NCBI GenBank assembly: GCA_965202805.1
Contig: OZ241869.1
Span: forward strand, 1,504,001 to 1,568,000
Origin: Longimicrobiales bacterium
Lineage (GTDB): Bacteria; Gemmatimonadota; Gemmatimonadetes; Longimicrobiales; Gaopeijiaceae
Direction of reading: 5' to 3'
Length of the DNA: 64,000 nucleotides
The position numbers and the translations under genes were made by a program. Under the pieces are notes generated by a model. The model was not told where the DNA came from. It did not search any database and saw nothing but the letters and a program-made list of their open reading frames with translations. How positions within the stretch are numbered: position 1 is the first letter of the stretch; every line of letters begins with the position of its first letter. Below, one piece after another: positions 40,601 to 48,345 of this stretch.

Positions 40601-43400
40601 CGAGATCCTCGCGATGAAGCAAGGGAAGGGTCTTGACGTTCTGGAGTTCGTATTGGAAGTGTTGCGGGTAATCAGGCTTGACCTGCCCGAGCACCGCTTT
40701 TCTCCAATCGTCCCAACCCTGCTGCGGCACGGAGACGGGGGCGTTGTCGGGAAGCGCAGGATCGGAACTGTTCATCCGATACCGGGCGGGCTGGCAGGCG
40801 TGCAACCGCAGCCCGTCCACCACTCCCGCGCGGGCGAACTGTTCGGCGCGATCGGCGAGGTCGATCCCATGCGGCTCGCCGTCGGCACCGCGATTGTCTT
40901 CTTGCGGAAACCACCGGTCGTCGTCGCTGGGCAGGAGCGCGTTCCGCAGCAAGTCCTCGCCCTCGTCGCCAGGTAGGCCATCGGCCAGCGTTTTGAGGTG
41001 GTCGCCGGAGCGTCCGGTCCACCCTGGCCCGAATACGGCCTCCTTCATTGCGAACCAACCGTCGGTGCAGGCTACGGGAAGCTCGGCGAGGCGATCCAAC
41101 AGACCTTCTGGTTCCTCACGGCCAACCACTTCCAGACTCCAAGCCAGCGCGTCGGCGCACTTCGCCGCCTCGGGGCTGCCATGGGCGACCGGCAGGTCCG
41201 GAAGAGATGGGACGATGACCATTCGGAGAAGATCCGCTCTCCGAAAGCTCCGCACGAACCGGCCGTCGAGGAACTTCTGGATTTCGGTCCGCCGGCGCTG
41301 TGGTCCTTCGTGCGTCTCCACTTCGCGATGGAGGAATGCCATCCGCTCCTTAAGGGAGGCTGGAACGGAGGCGACGAAGTCCGACGCGTCGTCGGCGTCG
41401 GTGCGAGGCTGGAAGAAGATCCGAACATCGTCCGACGCCGAGAGCAGCCGTCCGTCCTCGGTGGGCAGGAACTCCGCCTCAGCGAGAGCGTCGGCTTCCG
41501 GCTTCCCGGGCTCGGACCGCAATATCGGCGGAAGCACGGCGAGCACACTTCCCAGGAACATGTTCCAGTCGGGCGGCACCTCCCGGGGACGGTATCCGTC
41601 GGCTTCGGGATCCGCTTGCCGCAGGCGGACCCGCTCGGCCATTCGCTCCAAGGTGTGCGCCCATTCCTCAATTCGTGGAGTCGCCGAGTCACCCAGAGAC
41701 CCCAGAAGACGCTCGACGGCCTCGCGACGCTCGTCGAGCGCGGACGATGCCACGTCGAATCCAGCCTGTCCGCGCCACTCGGCCTCGCCGAGGGGATCGT
41801 CGGTCGGGATGTTCGGCATCGTTCGTGCGACCGCGGACCGTCGCCAACCGCAGTCGCACAGGATCAACTCCATCTGCTCGAGGGAGATACAGTCCTCCCG
41901 GCCGCGGGCGCGTTCACTGAGGCGCCGCGTCAGCTCGGGATCGTCGGACGCGGGCGAACCGGCCTGCGCAAGCAGGTCGATCACCGCCCGGCCGCGCCAC
42001 GGCTCTGGGGAACCCTTCACCAGTTCGAGAACCGCGTCGAGTGCCAGGTCCGTCACCAATTCAAGCAGTAGTTCATTGTATTCGTCACCGAAGTTGATCT
42101 TCTTCCGGTCCAGAGATCCGTAGAACGGGGCATTGACGTGCGCGCCCACGCCGGTCTCCATCTTGGTGGGCAGGAAGATGACGAAAGCGCCGCCGCGTGC
42201 CTCTCGCGTCTCCTCGACGGCAACAGCGACCTCCACCGTCCGCACCTCCGGCCATCGATTCGGAAGGTGGCGGACAGCCGCGGCAAGACGCTTGGCCTCC
42301 GCTGGCTGGTCAGCCCCTCCGAAGGTCCGGCTCCAGACGTGGAAAGACCGCTGGGTCACGTCGCTAGCGTCGCCCGCCCGCCTGCTCACTCGTAGTCGCT
42401 CATGCCGGGCGGCCGGCACGGGATTGGAGAGCTCGGAATCGATCCGGCGCTCGAGCTCCGTGTGTTCTTCGTCAATGGTGATCCGAAGCACCGACAGGTG
42501 ACGCAGGAACACCATCGCTGCCTCGTCCAACGCCCCAAGTTGCTCGCTGACCGACTTGACAGCTTCGTCGGCGCTGCCCGCCCGCCCGCCGTCCAGTGGA
42601 AGGCGAATGACCGTCACATGGCCATCTTCGAGAAGCCTCGCCACCTCGGGCGGCGGATCGCCGAGAAAGCGCGGCAGCACATAGGCCGAGAGGTGTTTGA
42701 CCTCTTCGGAGAGCCACTTCTCGACCTCTTCCACGGATTTGGTGCCGTTCCCGGACATGGTGCCCCGGTATTCCTCGATCTGTTTCTCCGACCAGTCCAC
42801 GACCGGTTCCTCGCCGAATGCCGAGTCCGTCGGCGCGTCACCGTTGAAGAGCTGCTTGGCCACATGGGCTATCGGATCAAGCACATTGGGATGGAAGCCG
42901 AACGTAAAGGCGGGCTTGTCTTCCGCTGGCGCCGTCGACCACACCTCCGGACGGGTTGTCAGTTCGAGCACGCTCCGAAAGCCCAGCCCTTTGTTACCGA
43001 CGCTCTCGTTCGGATTCTTGGGGCTCTGCGCGAGCTGGCAGATTCCGCTGAAGTCTTCGCGGCGAAAGGGCCGGCCGCTGTTGGCGATCAGCAACTCGGG
43101 TTGCTCGCGGGACGAGTTCAGCACGAAGGAGACCTGGCACCGGTCGTGGCTGCCGCCACCGAGGACATCGTGAGCATTCTGCAACAACTCCAGCACGGCT
43201 CGTCCCCGGTACTCCTGCGCCACCTGATCGCCCAGGCTGGCGACGGTCCGGTAGTTCGTCGTCCTGTTCCTCAGCTCGTCGAGAAAGGTGCGCACCTGAC
43301 GGCGGGCCTGCTCCTCAATGATCCGTCGGCCTGCCAGTCTCCGCTTGTAATCGAACCTCGGCGGTCCTTCAGTGGTCTGGTTGACGAGTTGTTCCTTCAT
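37632..43400 (-). CDS. 1922-aa sacsin/NOV-like GHKL ATPase fused to C-terminal DUF3883-type PD-(D/E)XK nuclease
   Basis: ELLQNAHD, NSGRPF, VGNKGLGFRSV, FLPT...HVNAPF; C-terminal GIVGE...LGYDF...VEVKAT...SSE. Confidence 0.82.
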   Translation of the reverse strand: MKEQLVNQTTEGPPRFDYKRRLAGRRIIEEQARRQVRTFLDELRNRTTNYRTVASLGDQVAQEYRGRAVLELLQNAHDVLGGGSHDRCQVSFVLNSSREQPELLIANSGRPFRREDFSGICQLAQSPKNPNESVGNKGLGFRSVLELTTRPEVWSTAPAEDKPAFTFGFHPNVLDPIAHVAKQLFNGDAPTDSAFGEEPVVDWSEKQIEEYRGTMSGNGTKSVEEVEKWLSEEVKHLSAYVLPRFLGDPPPEVARLLEDGHVTVIRLPLDGGRAGSADEAVKSVSEQLGALDEAAMVFLRHLSVLRITIDEEHTELERRIDSELSNPVPAARHERLRVSRRAGDASDVTQRSFHVWSRTFGGADQPAEAKRLAAAVRHLPNRWPEVRTVEVAVAVEETREARGGAFVIFLPTKMETGVGAHVNAPFYGSLDRKKINFGDEYNELLLELVTDLALDAVLELVKGSPEPWRGRAVIDLLAQAGSPASDDPELTRRLSERARGREDCISLEQMELILCDCGWRRSAVARTMPNIPTDDPLGEAEWRGQAGFDVASSALDERREAVERLLGSLGDSATPRIEEWAHTLERMAERVRLRQADPEADGYRPREVPPDWNMFLGSVLAVLPPILRSEPGKPEADALAEAEFLPTEDGRLLSASDDVRIFFQPRTDADDASDFVASVPASLKERMAFLHREVETHEGPQRRRTEIQKFLDGRFVRSFRRADLLRMVIVPSLPDLPVAHGSPEAAKCADALAWSLEVVGREEPEGLLDRLAELPVACTDGWFAMKEAVFGPGWTGRSGDHLKTLADGLPGDEGEDLLRNALLPSDDDRWFPQEDNRGADGEPHGIDLADRAEQFARAGVVDGLRLHACQPARYRMNSSDPALPDNAPVSVPQQGWDDWRKAVLGQVKPDYPQHFQYELQNVKTLPLLHREDLDAPARAALSQLVLASLTQWEDGWRKVRIRLRRGDWYWAQRIPSPLQHWLSTLPWLVDAPGGDQGALRDRKPLHQRWFVPGSLLRGPSGQFRDLSPLSLQLVQQLGKDEEVLVALERLGLNVYPTEEARAGPALLETLADVAEGLAHGAHNHNAMPAGRFNVLLGQVRHGWRHLDLEGDLPTRFIIRTKPRTLTVRTAEKLEDVYLPDHSWKTRLLREHDQPIVAMRPEEASKKPLRDRLVKLGARRAAGLEEHCRIDHASSTQTVDGTQTLDAAGLGWLPVVLLALHAHGGGNPAGPATKAWRQAAARLRRARVRQCAFIQVELVDAGRSVAYSQPRAHWLSRDRILVLHRDIAHGGLYDEIAAASQAILDRQDLLKDLRLVLGALNGRPQPTRGQIEAALDRAEIDAVAVANIRHLWHGEPSTLAHRIRPVLQLRDISEDGLGGAAKDTSSLSRWLSENAKIDEWPTEELLATARECWDDTEMGYRTWRVLGDAAELKEWNKALAELGGKYKQVSNTQAEAQAKRWLDEAAPLLRALARHVATSAADDSVDQGKLFSRLNAVHESLEKDSEWPRLWTQWSQDHWDVPFSAVLDVLRERCERVSEAGPHPDVFERANTVAEFRSALERTGVALKTDPLDVARDNQKRLDDAVQEVVELYETWLDNKGAEPPSSAKVPEVRLDDSMYLRKWPEHDLLERAKLAVADSDFYAKVKHCTTIEKMRDTLGITYEDLERIRKRRERQTDEDERGKRTVEVAGKPFEIGGPVSYRELFARLEKLPDPRQAEGIGPPPPEPDGGGGTQPSVSNDSEVCRRRPRTSHLHGPPDLPGLVGIVGEMHAFRFLRAKFGINESAWVSESRTKVVPLLDAERDVTSDSLGYDFRFTRDEVTWCVEVKATKGEGRRFELPSSELNAATRIAPRRNERWRILRVVRTLTEQPACYWLPNPREPGPGERLRLVSQGGAIVEYALPKDSETDRSAADTLRSEPEDK

Positions 43401-43430
43401 CTGCCGGCCTGCTCCTAAGTCGTTGTGGCC

Positions 43431-44510
43431 TCACCCCACCCCCGGCCCGCTGACCTGCCACTCCACCACCTCGAGCGGCTCCCCCAGCAGAGCCGCCCCT
43501 CGCACCGGTGAGATCAGCTCCTCTCCCACGGCACGCCAGACCAGCCGCCTGAAGCGCTGCGGCTTCTCAAAAGCACCGAATCCCTGATCGTCACCCATCG
43601 GCTCCGGTTCCGTTGTTCGCCACGACCGGGCGAATGTGGCGAACGCGCGCCGGACCGCGGAAGGCCGCAGCACCCCCACCTGACCGAGGCGTACCAGCAT
43701 GGCCGCCGCCGAGACGCCGTAGGTGTGCTTGAGACGCGCGATCTCGTAATAGGTGACGCGGCGGCGCCTCGCTCCGACCTTTGCTAGGAGATCCCGGCCG
43801 GGGACGAGGAACGCGCCCGCGAAGCGGTTCATCGCCGCCTCCAGCTTGATGGCGGGGTTGCCGGTTGACCGGATGATCTTGTGGGCGAGTTCGTGGGCCA
43901 GGGTGAAGCGCTTGCGTTCGACGTTCGTCCGGCTGGATACCACCACCGCATCGGCGACCACCCTCCCCCGCCGCATGGCCCGGCACGCCAGGCCGCTGAT
44001 GCGCTCGGGGAGGTCGGCCTCGACCACCTTGATCCCTTTATCCTCCAGGAGAGCGCACAGGCTGGGCACCGGATCCATGCCCAGGTCCCATGCTTCGCGG
44101 AGTTGATCGGCGCGGTCGTCGATCTCGGCCTCGGTGGCGATGCAGTCGCAGCGGCAGTGCTCGAAACGGTCGCCCGCCGGCGGCAAGCCGAGAACCTCCT
44201 CGATGGTCAGATACCGCTCGAGGTTGTCGATCAGGACGGCTTCGGCTCGGGCTCGGTCGCGCGCGGAAGTGCCCGGGTCCTTGCGGAACTCGAGGCCGTC
44301 GAGGACATCGACCCGGTCGCTCATGAGGAAGTCCAGCGAGACATCGAGCGCCTCGCCAAGGCCGACGAGAACGGCCGACGAGGGCATCATCTTGCCCGCC
44401 TCATACTTGCTGATGGCCTGCGCGCTGACCTTCGGATCCATCCGCTCGGCAAGCGACCGCAGGGAAAGGCCCGCTCGCTTGCGGGCCAGCCGAAGTCGCC
44501 GTCCGAACAT
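43431..44510 (-). CDS. XRE-HTH plus ImmA/IrrE metallopeptidase fusion
   Basis: RLRLARKRAGLSLRSLA...AISKYEAG; RKRFTLAHELAH; NRFAGAFLVP; YGVS. Confidence 0.92.
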   Translation of the reverse strand: MFGRRLRLARKRAGLSLRSLAERMDPKVSAQAISKYEAGKMMPSSAVLVGLGEALDVSLDFLMSDRVDVLDGLEFRKDPGTSARDRARAEAVLIDNLERYLTIEEVLGLPPAGDRFEHCRCDCIATEAEIDDRADQLREAWDLGMDPVPSLCALLEDKGIKVVEADLPERISGLACRAMRRGRVVADAVVVSSRTNVERKRFTLAHELAHKIIRSTGNPAIKLEAAMNRFAGAFLVPGRDLLAKVGARRRRVTYYEIARLKHTYGVSAAAMLVRLGQVGVLRPSAVRRAFATFARSWRTTEPEPMGDDQGFGAFEKPQRFRRLVWRAVGEELISPVRGAALLGEPLEVVEWQVSGPGVG

Positions 44511-44539
44511 GCCGTTTTCTCCCCGTCCCTGTTACCGGT

Positions 44540-44578
44540 GGTTGACATAATACATGTACATTGGTATTAGTGTCAACC
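44540..44578. promoter_or_regulatory. Long imperfect palindrome carrying back-to-back sigma70-like promoters
   Basis: GGTTGACA-TAATAC...GTATTA-G-TGTCAACC; minus strand TTGACA-N18-TATTAT, plus strand TTGACA-N17-TATTAG. Confidence 0.65.
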
Positions 44579-44634
44579 TGCAGTTGAGGATTGCCGAACA
44601 GGATGGCCGACAGTCGGGACGACGGGGAGGGGAC

Positions 44635-45018
44635 GTGGACAACGCAACGCGGCAACGGCCGCACATCATGGAACTGATCGACAACGCACCCTGGCGCGAG
44701 GCCGTCACCTACCGGAAGATCTGGCCCCATGAGTACGTGGTCGTCAAAAAGGACGGCCAGGAGGAGTTGCTGGCCGCGTTCTGCGAGCGCATCGAGCGTG
44801 GCGAGGGCATCGAGTGCCGGTTCTTCCACCAGACACGCCGGTACCTCTTCCTCGACGACTACAAGTACTGGATCATGGTGGAGTGCAGCGACATCGACCT
44901 CGACGCCGAGGACCACGTTCTGAACCGCGCGCGCTTCTACCGCGACAGGCGGGACTTCGTGATTCAGAGGGGCGATACCGGAAGCCGAGAGGACTACCCG
45001 GCGAACCCGGCGGATTAG
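44635..45018 (+). CDS. Hypothetical protein (PW...TY...WPHEY motif)
   Basis: GTG start after GGAGGGG; aromatic-rich small protein; 15 nt upstream of the nuclease gene. Confidence 0.7.
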   Translation: MDNATRQRPHIMELIDNAPWREAVTYRKIWPHEYVVVKKDGQEELLAAFCERIERGEGIECRFFHQTRRYLFLDDYKYWIMVECSDIDLDAEDHVLNRARFYRDRRDFVIQRGDTGSREDYPANPAD

Positions 45019-45033
45019 CGGGCCAGCGGCGCG

Positions 45034-46512
45034 GTGGACTCCATCTCCCGGCTCCTGAACCACCTGGAGGAGGTTCGGCAGGCACGAAACGAGGATTGCG
45101 TCCGTTTCCTGCAGGAGTTGACCCCGCCCCTGCACGCCACTCGCGCGGTCAACCGCGAACTGGATCGCCACCTCGCGCGCCGCTTCAACGTCTTCCGCTA
45201 CCTCCGCGACGACGAACTCGGCCTCTCGCGGATCATCGCCGACCTGCTCGATCCAGAGGGCGAGCACGGTCAGAGCACGACCTATCTGGAAGCGATGTTG
45301 GGGTTGCTGGAGGTTCCGTTTCGGTGCACCGCCTCCGACGAGATTCGGGTCCTGCTGGAGCGTGGGATCTCGGGAGGCAGGCGCATCGACGTCACGGTGG
45401 ACATCCCGACAGACGACGGGCCCTTCTGCCTCGCACTCGAGAACAAGCCGCGCGCCAACGACCAGCCCGGGCAATGCAGCGACTACCTGAAGTTCCTCAA
45501 TGAGAAATACGGCAAGCGCTTCCTCCTGATCTACCTGCCACCCCGCTACCGGATGCCCGACGAGTCCAGCCTTCGGTCGGACGATTATCGCAGGCACTGG
45601 ACGAATCACTTCCGCGTGCTGCCCTATGTTGCAGGCGATGCTCCGCATGGCGACGACGATCCCTCCGACGACGATGGCGGGGCCTTGGTGCGAGGCGACT
45701 CGGGCGCGGACTACGCGCGTACCGAGGACGATGCGCTTGCCGAGGACAAAGCCACAGATCACGAAGCTACGCCTGCCCATGCTGACGCGGTTGTCGGTGA
45801 AGGCGCCTCGCTGGCGGACTGGTTCGGAACCTGTTGCACGCTCAGCGACCCCGAGCGGCTGCGCTGGTTCCTCCGAGAGGCGCAACTATATTGCCGAGAA
45901 CATTTTGGAGATTCGACCATGGCTGACACCGAAGCCCGCTACATTCGCGAGTACCTTGACGAGAACCCGAGACACCTCCATGCGGCGTACGCGGTGGCCC
46001 GAGCCTGGCCCACCATCAAGCACGATGTCTGCCGACGGTTCCTGGAGCACTTGCGGGACAGGGTTGAGGAACGGTTCTCCGAGGAGATGCCGGAGATTCG
46101 GGACGACTTGCAGGTCAGTTGTCGGTACGATGACGAAAAGAAGTGGTCAACCCAGCTCAAGTTGAGGAGAACGATCATGATTCAAGCCGGGGGGCCTGGG
46201 CCCAGGCGATGGATCTGGGGCGTCCGCAACCCAAACCCGAAGACGCTGCGCGAAGAACTGCTGGCCGAGCTGAGGCGTCACGACCTCTCGCTTCAACATG
46301 CCAGCGACGGGTGGCCTCAATGGGAATACCTCCCTCGCTATGGACACTGGGACCGCCGTGTCCCTGAACTCGTCCAGGAACTTGCCGAAGGCGGCGGCAA
46401 AATCACCGATTATTATGTCAACGGGCTCCTCAACATCGCCGAAAAGGCTATCCCCGCCTTTGACGAAGTGGAGCTGGCGAACCAGAGCCCCTCGGCTTCG
46501 GAGGACTCCTGA
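45034..46512 (+). CDS. PD-(D/E)XK nuclease superfamily (PDDEXK_4-like) protein
   Basis: LSRIIADLLDPEGEHGQ, RRIDV, LENKPRANDQPGQCSDY, IYLPP. Confidence 0.82.
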   Translation: MDSISRLLNHLEEVRQARNEDCVRFLQELTPPLHATRAVNRELDRHLARRFNVFRYLRDDELGLSRIIADLLDPEGEHGQSTTYLEAMLGLLEVPFRCTASDEIRVLLERGISGGRRIDVTVDIPTDDGPFCLALENKPRANDQPGQCSDYLKFLNEKYGKRFLLIYLPPRYRMPDESSLRSDDYRRHWTNHFRVLPYVAGDAPHGDDDPSDDDGGALVRGDSGADYARTEDDALAEDKATDHEATPAHADAVVGEGASLADWFGTCCTLSDPERLRWFLREAQLYCREHFGDSTMADTEARYIREYLDENPRHLHAAYAVARAWPTIKHDVCRRFLEHLRDRVEERFSEEMPEIRDDLQVSCRYDDEKKWSTQLKLRRTIMIQAGGPGPRRWIWGVRNPNPKTLREELLAELRRHDLSLQHASDGWPQWEYLPRYGHWDRRVPELVQELAEGGGKITDYYVNGLLNIAEKAIPAFDEVELANQSPSASEDS

Positions 46513-46542
46513 ACCGATCCCCCGCCAACCCGCCTCCGAACC

Positions 46543-48222
46543 TCAGTCCAGCTCCAGAATCGGATCCTTCTCCCCCGTCATCTCCCAGCGCGTGAGCACG
46601 ATGGGGATGACCCCGGCGCCGTAGAAGGCGTCGAAGAAGCGCTTGATGGTGAAGTCGTCGCCCTCCTGGATGGCGTACTCGGAGAGCAGCTCCTCAAGCT
46701 GGATCTTGCCGCTGACGTAGCTGGTGCCGTAGCCCGGCTGCCTGAGGTAGAGGCTCTGCTCGCCGCGCACCAGGTCGCCCTCCGTGAGCCATCCGCGCGG
46801 CGTCCAGGTCATCGCGTGCTCGACCGCCTCTTCCATGTCGAAGACCTCGCCGTGCAGGTTGAGGCCGCTGAGGGCGCGCGCCGCCCGCTGCGCCAGCATG
46901 ATCCACACGAGTTCGCGTGCCCGGGGAGAGTTCTCGTCCAGAAGCCCCAGGTGCATGAACATCTCCTCGACGCCGGTCGCCAGCCCCTCGGAGCGTGCGT
47001 CGAAGATGTTGTAGAGCGAAGGCGTGGCCCGGATGGGGCTCGGGTGCGGGTCTTCGCGCATGCGCGCCAGCTCGATCCAGTGGTGCATGTGCGGGCGGAA
47101 GGCGTCCGGATCGCGGTAGATGACTTCCTGGAAGAAGTTGCGCAGCTCGCCGGGCTCCACGGGGCTGAAGGCTCCGTTCACCGCCCTGAGCGCGGGATCC
47201 ATGTAGTCGAAGATGGTCTCGATCTCCTCTTCCTCCAGGAACCGCATGTACATGTCCACAGACTCGTTCAGGCGCCGGTCGTATTCCTCCGGAGAGGCGA
47301 TGCGTTCGAGTTCGGGCAGAGCGCGGTTGCGGTTCTCCTCCAGGCGCATCGAGGAATGCGAGCGCGCCAGCTCGCGGCGCATGAGGGTCACCTGCTCCTC
47401 CCACGAATACGGGACGAGATGGACGTTCTGCATGTACCAGGTGTAGTTGTCGGCCCCGACCCCGGACGGGCCGGTGCGGGAGGAGGCGCCCTCCTCCAGC
47501 CAGACGCGGAAGGCGTCGGAGGCCGCGCGTGCGTCGGCGATGGCCTGGTCGAGATCGGGGCTGGTGCCGGCGACCTGCTCGGCGTAGGTGTCGAGGTCGC
47601 TGGCCTGACCGGCGAAGTCGCGGATGCCGGCCAGCCAGAGGTCGCGGGCGTTGGAGTCGGCGAGGTTCACGCGGGCCTGTTCCAGCAACGCGGGGATGGA
47701 GCCGATGCGGGCCGTGAGTTCCGCCGCGTCGGCGTCAGACAGCGGATAGTCGTAGGTCCAGGTATCGACCCAGCCGTGAATCACGGCGCCCTCGTGGGCC
47801 GGGACATCGCTCTCCGCCAGGAACATGATCACGTAGAAGGCCGGGTCGCGCGCCCAGGGACGGCGCACGCGGTGGTCGAAGTCGAGCCCGTTCATCTCCG
47901 CCCTCACCAGGTGCCAGTCGATCTGTTCGGCAACCGGCCAGTCCTCCGGAGCGAGAGCGTTCAGGCGCAGCCGCCACTGCGGGAGTTCGGCGTGCTGGCG
48001 CGCCATCGCCGCCGCGGAGTAATCCGGGACGCCATCCACGAACTCGGGTATCTCGAAGGCGCGCCACTCCTCGAAGAGCTGGACCAGATCCGCGTGCGAG
48101 CCGGGGCCCGCGGCCACGACGGACTCGCCGGAATCCGCCGTGCACCGCACGAAGAGGAGTCCGACCACGATGAGCGCGATCCCGGCGACGAGGACGGAGG
48201 GACGAGGTTTGCTGCGGGACAT
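46543..48222 (-). CDS. DUF885-family exported protein
   Basis: Signal/lipoprotein N-terminus; SEGLATGVEE, YLRQPGYGTSYVSGK, F..KRFFD..YGAG.IP. Confidence 0.75.
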   Translation of the reverse strand: MSRSKPRPSVLVAGIALIVVGLLFVRCTADSGESVVAAGPGSHADLVQLFEEWRAFEIPEFVDGVPDYSAAAMARQHAELPQWRLRLNALAPEDWPVAEQIDWHLVRAEMNGLDFDHRVRRPWARDPAFYVIMFLAESDVPAHEGAVIHGWVDTWTYDYPLSDADAAELTARIGSIPALLEQARVNLADSNARDLWLAGIRDFAGQASDLDTYAEQVAGTSPDLDQAIADARAASDAFRVWLEEGASSRTGPSGVGADNYTWYMQNVHLVPYSWEEQVTLMRRELARSHSSMRLEENRNRALPELERIASPEEYDRRLNESVDMYMRFLEEEEIETIFDYMDPALRAVNGAFSPVEPGELRNFFQEVIYRDPDAFRPHMHHWIELARMREDPHPSPIRATPSLYNIFDARSEGLATGVEEMFMHLGLLDENSPRARELVWIMLAQRAARALSGLNLHGEVFDMEEAVEHAMTWTPRGWLTEGDLVRGEQSLYLRQPGYGTSYVSGKIQLEELLSEYAIQEGDDFTIKRFFDAFYGAGVIPIVLTRWEMTGEKDPILELD

Positions 48223-48345
48223 GACGGCCTCCCGGAACTACGGTCCAATCGATGAGCAGGCTGCTCGCCTGTTCAGTCTACTCGATGTGCGGCCTGCTCG
48301 ACATGCGGCGCGGTCACGGCTTGCTGCGGTCGCGCCCGCCTGCGG

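Larger units (their letters stand above)
36958..46512. other. Putative defence/accessory island
   Basis: TA genes, sacsin-DUF3883, XRE-IrrE and PD-(D/E)XK genes; visibly more A/T-ending codons than the flanks; no integrase seen. Confidence 0.65.
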
